Source: an uncultured Verrucomicrobiae bacterium (GTDB lineage: Bacteria; Verrucomicrobiota; Verrucomicrobiia; Chthoniobacterales; UBA10450). From it: 64,000 nucleotides of DNA. Positions within the stretch are counted from its first letter, which is position 1, and the number at the start of each line of letters is the position of its first letter. Both the position numbers and the translations under genes were made by a program. This document shows, in pieces, positions 51,101-61,216 of this stretch. A model generated the notes under the pieces. It did no database searches, was not told where the DNA came from, and saw only the letters and a program-made list of their open reading frames with translations. The stretch covers positions 768,001 through 832,000 of the forward strand of contig CAWFGO010000001.1 of NCBI GenBank assembly GCA_963815455.1, written 5' to 3'.

Positions 51101-51390
51101 ATCACGGGAACGAACCGCTCAAAGCAGGAATTAACCAGATTGCGGGCTTCTTCTGCCTCCATTTGTTCGGCCAATCGAGTAAAGCCGGAAAGATCCGCAA
51201 ACATCACTGTGACGACCTTGCGTTCGTCGTCATCGCCAGTCTCAAGCCTGGTGGAATGAAGCCTGGCCAGTTGCTCGCGTAACGCTGAGATCGCTGGATC
51301 GACGACAAAGTCGCCTAACAGGGAACGTTGCGCCTCCAGATCGGAAATTGCGCGTTCCAACTGTTCTTTTGTTGCCGGCGTGTCGGCCAT
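48169..51390 (-). CDS. class III adenylate/guanylate cyclase + STAND/AAA ATPase + TPR protein
   Basis: MFADLSGFT, DKFLGDA, GDTVNVAARLE; Walker A GEAGLGKS, Walker B LVWEDVHWAD, GNPFFLEE, winged helix and TPRs. Confidence 0.9.
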   Translation of the reverse strand: MADTPATKEQLERAISDLEAQRSLLGDFVVDPAISALREQLARLHSTRLETGDDDERKVVTVMFADLSGFTRLAEQMEAEEARNLVNSCFERFVPVIQRYGGTIDKFLGDAIMILFGAPVAHENDPERALRTSLELVAALETFNGERGLSLGLHVGINTGAVIAGAVGARGRQDYSVMGDTVNVAARLEDACGENEILVGPETFRRGATLFEFEALPPLELKGKSEPLPVYRLLESKVEPKTAELISKRTPFFGRERELQKIKSAIAQLKTGNGTLLCISGEAGLGKSRLVLETRGLSRFAGWAETRALSYAETTGYRMMRDLLHALLATTPGGDPHKINSTFHENILELAPDRVERIYPYLARILEAPLQQPWVERLEHLSAEVLQTRILEAFRGYVEARAQREKLVLVWEDVHWADPSSLQALEHLAPIVVNAPVLVVVAYRRESNVWERLNRLAAQLPKKCVQVIELAALTARESADLIAAAGEIDDSQTRQAILNRAEGNPFFLEELVRAVRDARVMTIHDISDIPPTLQAVIAARIDSLPAAAKRVLQRASVIGRTFQIGILAHLCKKQGEHALPETIEELCRRNLVYLEQIAGSRATFDQTYTFQHAITHEVAYQSLLQVTRREWHRHVGEAVETLLPDRLAELSGVLGRHFELAGVPDKAITYFIRAADRARETFSNLEAIGFYRSALAQAESQAGASFDALMATLREGLGDVLILNGEFAPARDQFEQAEKLVAESDRIARSRLELKIGLSWIHRRDFEKALEGLHRAELELESDLPTRGTGWWNAWAQIQHERMHLFYWLGQCDELNTLAEQVEPNVEKHGTIMQRAKFFMMRALSLLSEYHYSPPPTAVEYAERAVELAKERDNPAERVHLKFTLGFVRLWHGDLEESVAALNEALELAERIGDVVLQVRSLIYLAVAHRGMNSKSAAQEFAKRAMLLAAKLDMVHYIAMANATLAWVAWKDGDHSKSRTLATQALEDWHSMPDPYGFDWMALWPLIAVAHAEGNFAVAIEWMKALFGPNQHPLPARLTAAVRETIRAAGENPAHSAKLASEALRAARDAHQI

Positions 51391-51474
51391 GTGGCGAGAA
51401 GGTTTGTCGGATGCTACCCGATCCGCGCCTAAGTTTGAATCTCGTTTGTGCTGGTAACGACCGCCAGAAGAAGA

Positions 51475-51506
51475 GAAGGGCGCCTTCGTTTCCGAAAGCG
51501 CCCTTC
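51475..51506 (-). terminator. terminator downstream of rnpB
   Basis: GAAGGGCGC..GCGCCCTTC stem followed by TCTTCTTCT on - strand. Confidence 0.7.
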
Positions 51507-51513
51507 ATATTTA

Positions 51514-52027
51514 GATGGCGGTAAGCCGAATTCTGTCCTCCGAATTTCTTCGGAGCGATGATCATTTATCTCACCCCGCCGAGGCGGGACGCCCGGCGAA
51601 ACCGTGACCGGCGGTCAGCAGCCTTCGCATAAAGCTACGGCTTGCCAAGTAGACCGCCGCTACAGCATGGCCATGATGCGACGATACCCGAGGATCATGA
51701 CCCCGAATTTCTTCGGGGCAGGCGGACCGGCTGTCCTCCCTCTGTTTTGTCTTGCACCGCATGGGGTTTTTCGTGCCTCGCGAATTACTCCGCGAGCGGT
51801 GAGCTCTTACCTCGCCTTTTCACCCTTGCCGTTTCCCAGACACGGGAAGCTGTCAGCTTCCCCTACAGTTGTAGTTGCCAAAGAACCGGCGGTCTTTTTT
51901 CTGTGACACTTTCCGTCACCGCGATTTTTCAACCGTGATGCCCGCGTATTCTACGCGGCATGCTGCCGTATGGTGTTCGGACTTTCCTCTGGCAAATCTT
52001 GCGATTCACCAGCGATCATCTGCCATC
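51514..52027 (-). ncRNA. rnpB: RNase P RNA (type A), expanded to about 514 nt
   Basis: - strand GAGGAAAGTCCG, GGAAAGTGTCACAGAAA, AGGGTGAAA..GGTAAGAG, AAACCCC..GCAAG, AGATAAATGA, ACAGAATTCGGCTTA; P1 GATGGC/GCCATC. Confidence 0.95.
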
Positions 52028-52070
52028 GGCGCATAGTTTAGCACAATCGGTACCGTCGGAAAGGAACAGA

Positions 52071-52712
52071 TCACCCGGCTTTCGAAACACGAGAGGCGCG
52101 CCAGTTGAGTACCGCATAAATGAGATGATAAACGCCGAAGCTAAGGCCCATGAGCGCTGTTGGGACGCCGTCGATCCATTCCTCGATTCTGTTGGCTAGC
52201 ACCGGCACGCTCAGACCGGTTAGAAGGAACGCCCAACCCAGAAGCGCCACTGGTCTCGGAGCGAAAAACGCAGTCGATAGCAGAATCAATCCGTAAAATA
52301 CGATCCAGACTGTGACGAGATCGAGTTCCGTCCCGCCGAGATAGCCGGTAGCAAAGAACCAGCTGGTGAATGCGGCCGGGATCAATGCAAACGGCGCGAC
52401 CGTTCGAAATGTGAGGGTCATCCGCGCCGAGCTGTCGTCGTTCGCGCGGACGGCCCGCTTCAGGAGCCAGGCCGCAATGACAATCGTGAGAAAGAGGACG
52501 TCGAGCCAGGCAAAGGCGAATTCGCGCGGTCGTATGGTCCGATCGAGAAAACGACTGACTTCGTCGTTTACGTAAATCGCACCCGCAGTTAGGATCGACA
52601 GGCCTCCACCGATCAATGCGGCACGGGCAAATATTCCGCGATAAATTTCGCCGCGCGCGACCAATCCACGAATCGTCGCAAGATTTTGCTCAGCCTTTTG
52701 CGTTTCGTTCAT
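52071..52712 (-). CDS. hypothetical multi-pass membrane protein
   Basis: AEQNLATIRGL N-helix, about 6 TM segments, FGVYHLIY. Confidence 0.75.
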   Translation of the reverse strand: MNETQKAEQNLATIRGLVARGEIYRGIFARAALIGGGLSILTAGAIYVNDEVSRFLDRTIRPREFAFAWLDVLFLTIVIAAWLLKRAVRANDDSSARMTLTFRTVAPFALIPAAFTSWFFATGYLGGTELDLVTVWIVFYGLILLSTAFFAPRPVALLGWAFLLTGLSVPVLANRIEEWIDGVPTALMGLSFGVYHLIYAVLNWRASRVSKAG

Positions 52713-52714
52713 GA

Positions 52715-53203
52715 TTAAAAAGGCGCAGGTGCAGTCATGAGGAAAATGACGATCATGGCAAGCCCGATCAGCAGTTTGCCGACCATCCCGGAGAGATTTC
52801 CAAGTAAACTGCCCCAGCCCGCGCGGCCGGCGTCGATCATTTTTTTTCCGGCAATGAACTCACCGGCGATCGCGCCGATCACCGGCCCAAGGAACAAACC
52901 AATGAGGCCAAAGAACAATCCGACAATCGCGCCAAGGATCGCGCCGAATGTTCCCCATCGGGTGGCCCCGAAATATTTCGCGCCGTAATAACCACCCAAA
53001 AAATCGATCGCATAGGTCACGAGGGTCATCAGAACCAGCACCGCGATCACGCTCCAGCCAATGCTTTTCTCCGGGCCGAGCATTACCCGGTGGATGACCG
53101 CGCCGGCCAGAATGATGGTCGTGCCTGGCAAGAACGGCGCGACAGTGCCGATCAATCCGACGGCAAATAGCACCAGCGTGAAGAACCACCAGAAGAGTTC
53201 CAT
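52715..53203 (-). CDS. DUF456-family membrane protein
   Basis: GLIGTVAPFLPG, GAKYFGATRWG, GPVIGAIAGE. Confidence 0.85.
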   Translation of the reverse strand: MELFWWFFTLVLFAVGLIGTVAPFLPGTTIILAGAVIHRVMLGPEKSIGWSVIAVLVLMTLVTYAIDFLGGYYGAKYFGATRWGTFGAILGAIVGLFFGLIGLFLGPVIGAIAGEFIAGKKMIDAGRAGWGSLLGNLSGMVGKLLIGLAMIVIFLMTAPAPF

Positions 53204-53289
53204 TGGGTCCGTAAATCGTGAATGGTGAATCGAGAATCGACAAGGTTTCGATGCAACGATTCAACGATGTAACGAATTTCGATCTCCCT

Positions 53290-53317
53290 TTGACCCCGCC
53301 GATGTCGATCCTATACT
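53290..53317 (+). promoter_or_regulatory. sigma70-like promoter
   Basis: TTGACC-N16-TATACT; GGAGGA RBS before 53354. Confidence 0.6.
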
Positions 53318-53353
53318 GAAAGTCCCCCGTTAAATTCAACCGGAGGATTATTT

Positions 53354-53848
53354 ATGCCCATTGCAGTTGGAACCAAAGCCCCAGATTTTTCCTTACCGAC
53401 CAAGACCGCCGAAGGACCGAAGCAGATCAAACTGAGCGATAATTTCGGGAAGAAGAACACGCTCCTCCTCTTTTTCCCGATGGCGTTCACCGGCGTTTGC
53501 ACGACCGAGATGTGCGAGATTAGCAAGGGCTTGAACGGCTATACCGATCTCAACGCCGCCGTTTACGGGATCAGCGGCGATAACCCGTTCGCGCAGGAAG
53601 CGTGGGCCCAAAAGGAGAAGATCGACGTGTCGCTGCTAAGCGATTACGAACACAAGGTCGCAAGCGCTTACGGCGTCGCATACGACTCGTTCCTGCCTCA
53701 GATAAATCTCGGGATGGGCGGCGTGGCCAAGCGATCCGCGTTCATTATCGACAAGAGCGGCGTGGTTCAATACGCCGAAAGCAACGACGACGCGAAACAG
53801 TTGCCAAATTTCGACAAGATCAAAGCGAAACTGGCGGAGTTGAAATGA
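53354..53848 (+). CDS. peroxiredoxin (AhpC/TSA family, AhpE-like)
   Basis: FFPMAFTGVCTTEMC PxxxTxxC motif, LLSD, RSAFIID. Confidence 0.9.
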   Translation: MPIAVGTKAPDFSLPTKTAEGPKQIKLSDNFGKKNTLLLFFPMAFTGVCTTEMCEISKGLNGYTDLNAAVYGISGDNPFAQEAWAQKEKIDVSLLSDYEHKVASAYGVAYDSFLPQINLGMGGVAKRSAFIIDKSGVVQYAESNDDAKQLPNFDKIKAKLAELK

Positions 53849-53861
53849 TCGCTTCCAGCGT

Positions 53862-53939
53862 TGTCATCCCGAGCAAAGCGAGGGATCTCACGACGTCGGT
53901 GATAATTTGCGAGGTCCTTCGCTTTCGCTCAGGATGACA
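53862..53939. repeat. GTCAT..ATGAC repeat, copy 5
   Basis: TGTCATCCCGAGCAAAGCGAGGGATCTC..GAGGTCCTTCGCTTTCGCTCAGGATGACA. Confidence 0.85.
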
Positions 53940-53946
53940 GACGGAT

Positions 53947-56824
53947 ATGAACGACGAATTCAAAACGCTGAAGAAATTCGATGCCGGCAAGGGCCGGGAA
54001 GGATTTCTCCATTCACTGCCCGAGTTGGAGAAACAGGGCATCGGGAAAATTTCGCGGTTGCCGGTTAGCATCCGGATCGTGCTCGAGTCGGTGCTGCGCA
54101 ACTGCGACGGCAAGAAAGTTCGGCGCAAGGATGTCGAGATGCTGGCCAATTGGAACGCGAAGAAGCCGGCGAACGAAGAAATTCCGTTCGTGGTGGCGCG
54201 GATCGTTCTTCAGGATTTTACCGGTGTGCCGCTGGTTGTCGATCTTGCCGCGATGCGCAGCGCGGTGAAACGGGTCGGGGGCGATCCAAAAATCATCGAG
54301 CCGCTGGTGCCGGTCGATCTCGTGGTCGATCACTCGGTCCAGGTGGATTTCTTTGGCTCGGCTCAGGCGTTGCGGCTCAATCTCGACATGGAATTCAAAC
54401 GCAACCGCGAGCGCTATCAGTTTCTCAAGTGGGGCCAGCAGGCATTCCAGACGTTCCAACTCATCCCGCCTGGCATCGGCATCGTTCACCAGGTCAATCT
54501 CGAATACCTCGCGAAAGGAGTGCTTTCGCGAAAAATCGAAAATCGAAATTCGAAATTCGAAATTTTCTTCCCCGATACCCTCGTCGGGACCGATTCGCAC
54601 ACGACCATGATCAACGGGCTCGGCGTGGTCGGTTGGGGCGTCGGTGGAATCGAGGCCGAGGCCGGGATGCTGGGTCAACCGGTTTATATCCTGACTCCCG
54701 AAGTGGTCGGCGTGAATTTGAGCGGACGATTGAAGGAAGGCGTCACCGCGACCGATCTCGTCCTGCACATTACGCAGTTGCTGCGCGCGCAAAAAGTGGT
54801 GGGCAAGTTCGTTGAGTTTTACGGCGAAGGCGCGGCATCGCTGCCGGTGCCGGATCGCGCGACGATCGGGAACATGTCGCCGGAATACGGCGCGACGATG
54901 GGATTTTTCCCGGTCGATGACGAATCGGTTGGCGTATTTGCGCGCGACCGGTCGCACCGATGAGCAATGCGCCGCGTTTGAGAATTATTTCCGCGCCCAA
55001 AAAATGTTCGGCATGCCGGGCAAAGGCGACATCGACTACTCAGTCGACCTCGATGTCGATCTTGCCGATGTGCAGCCGGGCGTGGCCGGCCCGAAGCGTC
55101 CGCAGGACCGAATAAATCTTCCCGACCTCGGCGAAACGTTCCGTTCGCTTTTGCAGAAGCCGGTAAAAGACGGCGGGTACGGGAAGGCCGGTGTGGATCT
55201 TGGCGCGAAACATCTGGTTCAATTGAACGGCACACCGCCAGCCGACGGCGACATGCCATCGACGGATAAGCAAAACCAGGGCCTCGATCCGGGCGAAGAA
55301 CGCAACAAGCTCGAGATGATCTCGAATCGCCCTACGCCGGACACAGCAGAGGAATTGGAGGAATCTTCCGGCGACCCGTTCCACCACGGTCAAAGTCGAA
55401 TTGGTCACGGCAGCGTTTTGATTGCCGCGATCACGAGTTGCACGAACACGAGCAACCCGAGCGTAATGCTCGCGGCCGGGTTACTGGCCAAGAAAGCGGT
55501 CGAACGCGGATTGCGTGTCGATCCGGCGGTCAAGACTTCGCTGGCGCCGGGATCGCGCGTGGTGACCGATTATCTGGCGAAGACGGGATTGCAAACATAT
55601 CTCGATCGCCTCGGCTTCAATCTTGTCGGCTACGGCTGCACAACCTGCATTGGCAATTCCGGTCCGCTGCATCCGAAAATCGAAAAAGCGATTAGCGAAT
55701 ACGATCTGGTCGCGGCCTCGGTGCTTTCGGGAAATCGCAATTTCGAGGCCCGCGTGCATCAGAACATCAAAGCGAACTTCCTCATGTCACCGCCATTGGT
55801 GGTGGCGTTCGCGCTGGCCGGGCGCGTCGATGTCGATCTTACCAGGGAACCGATCGGGAAGGATAAGGACGGGAAGAAAACGTTTTTGCGCGATCTCTGG
55901 CCACAGTTGAAAGAAATCCGCGACGCCATGCAATCGGCGTTGAAGCCGGAGATTTTCCGGAACCTTTATCGCGATTTCGCCGAGCAAAATCCGAAGTGGA
56001 ACGAGATTCCGTCAACCAAAGGCGAGGTTTACGTTTGGGATGAAAAAAGCGATTACATCCACGAGCCGCCGTTCTTTGAGAATTTTTCGATGGAGACCGG
56101 CAAGATCGACAACATTACTGGCGCGCGCGCGCTCGGGATTTTCGGCGATTCGGTAACGACCGATCACATTTCGCCGGCGGGCGCGATCAAGGCCACGTCG
56201 CCGGCTGGACAATATCTGATCTCGCGCGGGATTAAGCCGGAAGATTTCAACAGCTACGGTTCGCGACGCGGAAATGATCTGGTCATGACCCGGGGAACGT
56301 TCGCCAATGTCCGGATCAAGAACCTGATGGTGCCGGGAACGGAAGGAGGCGTGACAAAACATCAACCCGACGGTGAACAGATGTCGATCTTCGATGCGGC
56401 GATGAAATATCAGGCCGCCGGAACGCCGCTCGTAATTCTTGCCGGGCACGAGTACGGCACCGGTTCGTCGCGCGACTGGGCGGCGAAAGGGACCCGCTTG
56501 TTAGGCGTAAAAGCCGTGATCGCGGCCAGCTACGAGCGGATCCATCGTTCGAACCTGGTCGGGATGGGCGTGTTGCCATTGCAATTTCTCGAGGGCACAA
56601 ACGCGCAAACGCTCGGACTCGACGGTTCGGAGACTTTTTCAATTACCGGATTATCCGACGCGATCCAACCAGGGCAGGATTTAAAACTCGAGATCGCGGG
56701 TAAAAATGGACAATCGCGCTCCGTGCCGGTGAAGCTGCGAATCGATACACCGATCGAGGTCGATTACTACAAGCACGGCGGGATCTTGCCGTTCGTGCTT
56801 CGGCAATTGCTCACGGGCAAGTGA
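53947..56824 (+). CDS. acnA: aconitate hydratase A (frameshift near 54930)
   Basis: [64 protein letters not shown]. Confidence 0.96.
54535..54564 (+). repeat. heptamer tandem repeat (WTCGAAA)x4 in frame within acnA
   Basis: ATCGAAA ATCGAAA TTCGAAA TTCGAAA encoding [10 protein letters not shown]. Confidence 0.8.
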
Positions 56825-56846
56825 ACAAAACCAGGCGAGCTCACGC

Positions 56847-57974
56847 ATGAAAAAACTGCGCGTAGCGGTGCTGTACGGCGGTCGTTCGGGCGAACATGAA
56901 GTTTCGCTGCAATCGGCTGCATCAGTAATCAATCATCTTGATCGCGATCGCTTTGAAATTGTGCCTGTCGCGATCGACAAGCAGGGTCGCTGGCTTCTCA
57001 ACGACATTTCTTTGCTGGAAGGAAAAAAATCTCTGCCCGTTTTCAAGGACGCGCCGAACGTTGTGCTCCCGCCGAATCCGGCGGGCCCAAACAGTGACAG
57101 CGCGTTAATTCGCCTGGGTGAAAGCGGAGAAGCGAGAAGCATCGACGTGGTCTTCCCAGTTATGCACGGGCCTCTCTGCGAAGACGGGACGATTCAAGGA
57201 TTACTCGAGCTGGCCGATCTTCCCTATGTCGGCTGCGGAGTGCTGGCGTCGGCTGTCGCGATGGATAAGGAGATGGCGAAACGCGTGGCTCGCGACGCCG
57301 GACTTCCGATTGTTCCTTATGTCTCGTCAAAGCATGGAGTTTGGAAAAAAGACACACAGCAGTTCGCGAGCAGAATCGAAAAGGAACTTGGTTATCCCGT
57401 GTTCGTAAAACCGGCGAATCTTGGTTCGAGTGTCGGCGTGCACAAAGTGAAAGAGCCAGGCGACCTGGACGCGGCACTCGAAGATGCGTTCAATTACGAC
57501 ACCAAGATCCTTGTCGAAGTGGCGGTGGATGCGCGCGAGATCGAATTGTCGGTTCTCGAAAGCCCGGGTGCGGGAGCCGATCCGCTGGTAAGCGTTCCGG
57601 GCGAGATCAATCCCGCGCATGAATTTTATTCTTACGAGGCCAAGTATCTGGATGAGAACGGCGCTGAGCTAATAATTCCGGCCAAGCTTGATGCCGATCA
57701 GACCAAACGAGTTCGAAAGATTGCGAGTGAAGCCTTCACCGCGCTCGGGTGCGAAGGGATGGCCCGCGTCGATCTCCTGCTCGACCGAACGAACGGAACG
57801 ATTTTCTTTAACGAAGCAAACACGATCCCGGGGTTCACTTCGATCAGCATGTATCCAAAATTGTGGGAAGCATCGGGGATCGGCTACACGGAGCTTTTGT
57901 CGAGGCTCATCGATCTTGCGATGTTGCGGCACGAACGAAAAACATTATTGGTTCGAGAGTTTCGCTCTCGATGA
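56847..57974 (+). CDS. ddl: D-alanine--D-alanine ligase
   Basis: GGRSGEHEVS, HGPLCEDGTIQG, KPANLGSSVG, YSYEAKY, NEANTIPG. Confidence 0.95.
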   Translation: MKKLRVAVLYGGRSGEHEVSLQSAASVINHLDRDRFEIVPVAIDKQGRWLLNDISLLEGKKSLPVFKDAPNVVLPPNPAGPNSDSALIRLGESGEARSIDVVFPVMHGPLCEDGTIQGLLELADLPYVGCGVLASAVAMDKEMAKRVARDAGLPIVPYVSSKHGVWKKDTQQFASRIEKELGYPVFVKPANLGSSVGVHKVKEPGDLDAALEDAFNYDTKILVEVAVDAREIELSVLESPGAGADPLVSVPGEINPAHEFYSYEAKYLDENGAELIIPAKLDADQTKRVRKIASEAFTALGCEGMARVDLLLDRTNGTIFFNEANTIPGFTSISMYPKLWEASGIGYTELLSRLIDLAMLRHERKTLLVREFRSR

Positions 57975-57990
57975 CGACGCGGCTATTGAA

Positions 57991-58702
57991 CTACGGGAGT
58001 CGCTCGCGAAGCAAAACTTGAATCGGCGATCCCTCCGCGATGAAAGCGGAGCGCGGGGGCACGTTCAGCGTTTCGACAAATTGTTCGCCATAGAGGGTGG
58101 CGACGTCGGCACGGAATTCGAAGCGGTCCGCGTTCCAAATTTTCCAGCGCGGATGTTCGACCCGGTATTCGCTGCAACCTTTTCGCAATGAAGTGTAGCC
58201 CCAGTAATGTTCGGTAATGAATTCCTCATGCGATCCTTGCGGGATCGCTTGCGGTTCTCCGGTCGCGCTCATTTTAAGCGATTCCCATTTGTGGCCGCGC
58301 CGCCAGGAATATTCAACTTTCAGGTTACCATCGACATGTTCGATCTCATGTTTCATCGGCACGGCGAGATAGTTCTCGCCGTAACAGGCGCGCGCGATCA
58401 TCGCGATTGCGCGGCGCGGAACCAACTCGCGGACGAAGACGACTCCACGTCGCCAGGTGTCGGCCGATTTTTTGCGCACGTAGAAACGCAGATTCACTTC
58501 TTCGAAATCGCGATGCAGGGGAATTGGCAGGCCGAGAAGTCGGGTATCGAGAAAGAGAAAGCCAACAACACTCACAAATGTTTCGCCGTTTTCGAAATCG
58601 ATTTCGGTGCCGGGCGGGACGAGCGGCGTCAGGATCCGCAGGATCGACAACGTAATTGAGCATGGCGAGATAGCGCCAGTTGGCGGTGAGAAATGGTTGC
58701 AT
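57991..58702 (-). CDS. DUF2071/YqjF-family protein (frameshift near 58645)
   Basis: MQPFLTANWRYLAMLNY, FEEVNLRFYV, FITEHYWGY, YRVEHPRW. Confidence 0.85.
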
Positions 58703-58720
58703 ACGAAGGGATCGCTTCTG

Positions 58721-58812
58721 CTGTAGCGGCGGTCTCCGACCGTCGCAAACGTTGCGAGAAAATCGGCAGGCGAGACGCCTACCGGCCGCCACAGGCAAGA
58801 TGCCTGTGCTAC
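58721..58812. repeat. GTAG-type REP-like cluster
   Basis: CTGTAGCGGCGGTCTCCGACCGTCGC..AGGCGAGACGCCT..CACAGGCAAGATGCCTGTGCTAC. Confidence 0.75.
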
Positions 58813-58814
58813 GA

Positions 58815-60983
58815 TTATCGCAGAAGCTTTTCGAGCGAGGTGTCGGGCTCGGCGCCGAGAGCGGTGGCTTTGGCGTAATGCTGCTTGGCCATTTCTCTAG
58901 CCGGCGGCTGGGCCGTGGCGTAAATGACCGCGAGATTAAAATGCGCGTCAGCGTATTGCGGATCGTCGGAGATGGCCTCGAGCAATTCTTTTTCGGCTGC
59001 TTCCTGCCAGCCTTTCTGGCTCGCGGTAATGCCGAGATAATTATGCGCGGTCGCGCTCTTGGGATTGATGGCGAGCGATTTGGTCAACTCGGTGAGGGCG
59101 GCGTCAAATTTGGACTGCCGATAATAAACGATGCCGAGTGTGGTGTGAGCAAACTCGTCCCGGGGCGAGACCGTGACCGCTTTCTTCAACGTCAGCTCGG
59201 CAGCCTTGAATCTCCCGGTGCGGAAGTAAACGACGCCGAGATTCGAGAGCGAATAAAGGTTGTTGGGACTTTTGGTTAGAATTTCCTGATATTGTTTTTC
59301 GGCCGATCGGAATTTTCCGCTCTCGAAATTTTTCTTGGCCGAGCGCGCGACCGGGACCAGCTCGTCCGGAACATCTGGTTTGAAGCCGCTTTGCGCCGTG
59401 GCCGCGCTGGCATTGTCGGTTTCCGCAGACTCGTCGTCGGATGACTCGTCATCGGCGCCATGAGCAGTCATACCCACAGAAGTCGCCGTCGTTTTTTTGG
59501 CGAAAGCAAAACTCGCTTTCATCGTGGCCGGGTTATTGTCCGAGAGAGAAACCACCGGTTGCCGGAGCAAAGCCAGTTCTTCATCGCTCAATTTGGCGAC
59601 CGGCTGAGCCAGGAGCTCGATCTGCTGGTTGAGCGTGTCGGATTTGACTTTGAGCTTGTCAAACTCCGCCAGCATAAGTTTCTTGGCCTGTTCCCGGCGC
59701 GCTTCTTCCTGCCGTTCGCGCATGACGATGTTGCGCAGCATGTCGTTTTCCTTTCGCAGCCGGACCGTTTCTTCGGCGGTCGCGCCGACCAGCTTCGCTT
59801 TTTCGAGCTGCGCCGCGGTGTTATCCAGTTGGGTCCGAAGAGCAACGACTTGCGTTTCGTAATCGCGATTCTGTTTTTGGCTGGCGGCGAGCTGTTGTTG
59901 GAGCTGATCGATCTGCCGTTTTATCTCGGCCAATTCCTGTTCCTTTTTCGGTTTTTCTTCGCTCAAGTCACGGACGGCCTTTTCCGCATCGGCCAGCTTC
60001 TTCTTCAAATCGGAATTTTCGGCCACGAGCACTTCCACCCGCTGCTGCGCTCCCTTCACGCCCTTCAATTGGGTGACAGCGTCATCGCGCTCTTTCGTGA
60101 TACCGGCGATCTGCCGGCTGGTCTCCAGCGCCTTGGCGTTGGATGCATCCCGTTCTTTTTCCGCAGTCGCGCGGGCCCCTTCCGCGGCGATGAGAGCATC
60201 TTTCAAGCGGGTAATCTCCGCGCGCAAAGCTACCTGTGTTTTACCGCCACCATCTCCTGAAGCCTGGATTTTTTTTAGCGACTCTTGAGCTTTGGAAAGC
60301 TGGTCGCGAACCTCTCGCTCCGATCCCTTCGTTTTCTCCAGTTCGCCGTGTGCATTTTCGAGCTTCGAGCTGATCTCTTTAAGCCGACCGTTCAAGGTTT
60401 CTTTTTCCTTTTGAGCAACGCCGAGCTGGCTACGCGACTTGTTCAATTCGGTCTGCAGTTGGTCGATTTCGTCATTTAATTTCTTGGTGGCTTCCTTGAT
60501 CGCGGCATCGCTCCGGGGAGCGGCGGGCGCTGCCGGCGCAGTTGGCTCCTCGGCGGGCGGTTCCGGTGCCCGGTGCGTTGTCACTTCCACACTCGGCTCC
60601 GGCCCTGTCGTCTGCTGGGCCGCTGGAGCCGGCACTGCATCGGTCTCAGTTACCGGAGGGGAGGCGGCGGCGAGATCGCCTTGGGTCGCAAGCTTATCCT
60701 GGAGTCGCAGGATGCTTTCGCTGATTTTGCGGCCGCGATAGTCGACGATGGCCGGTTGCCAGGTGCCGTGAGCCTTGCGCAATTCCTCGATCAGGCTGCC
60801 GGCAAAGCGGTACTTGGCCAATGCGGCTTTGAATTGGTTGTCTTGCTCCAATTTTTCGCCCTGTTGGGCGGTCATGTAAGCCTTGAGAAAAACGTCGCTC
60901 GGATCCTCGGCTTGCGCCGGGAGGCGGCCAGAGGCGACGAGCAGAAAGAAACCGGCCAGCAAAATCGAGCCGATTTTTCTCAT
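58815..60983 (-). CDS. secreted long coiled-coil protein with C-terminal TPRs
   Basis: signal peptide, heptad-rich E/K/Q/L core, SNLGVVY/AHNYLG/AHFNLA TPRs. Confidence 0.8.
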   Translation of the reverse strand: MRKIGSILLAGFFLLVASGRLPAQAEDPSDVFLKAYMTAQQGEKLEQDNQFKAALAKYRFAGSLIEELRKAHGTWQPAIVDYRGRKISESILRLQDKLATQGDLAAASPPVTETDAVPAPAAQQTTGPEPSVEVTTHRAPEPPAEEPTAPAAPAAPRSDAAIKEATKKLNDEIDQLQTELNKSRSQLGVAQKEKETLNGRLKEISSKLENAHGELEKTKGSEREVRDQLSKAQESLKKIQASGDGGGKTQVALRAEITRLKDALIAAEGARATAEKERDASNAKALETSRQIAGITKERDDAVTQLKGVKGAQQRVEVLVAENSDLKKKLADAEKAVRDLSEEKPKKEQELAEIKRQIDQLQQQLAASQKQNRDYETQVVALRTQLDNTAAQLEKAKLVGATAEETVRLRKENDMLRNIVMRERQEEARREQAKKLMLAEFDKLKVKSDTLNQQIELLAQPVAKLSDEELALLRQPVVSLSDNNPATMKASFAFAKKTTATSVGMTAHGADDESSDDESAETDNASAATAQSGFKPDVPDELVPVARSAKKNFESGKFRSAEKQYQEILTKSPNNLYSLSNLGVVYFRTGRFKAAELTLKKAVTVSPRDEFAHTTLGIVYYRQSKFDAALTELTKSLAINPKSATAHNYLGITASQKGWQEAAEKELLEAISDDPQYADAHFNLAVIYATAQPPAREMAKQHYAKATALGAEPDTSLEKLLR

Positions 60984-61143
60984 GCGATGGCGGGACAAAA
61001 AGGTAGCCCGCCCGGTTCCAGTTACAATCCAGCCTTCCACGCAAATGTGAGAATAAGCGTGGAGCGTGCCAAAGGGAAGCCTGATTGCCTTTGCAAAACA
61101 AGATTCGGAACCTAAAATCCCTATTCCCGGCAGCGGGAGCGTT

Positions 61144-61216
61144 GGTGGCCGTAGCTCAATGGTAGAGCTCCAGATTGTGGTTCTGGCTGTTGCGGGTTCG
61201 AGTCCCGTCGGCCACC
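61144..61216 (+). tRNA. tRNA-His(GTG), genomic G-1, CCA not encoded
   Basis: acceptor G-GTGGCCG/CGGCCAC-C, anticodon GTG at 61177-61179, GGTTCGAGTCC T-arm. Confidence 0.95.
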
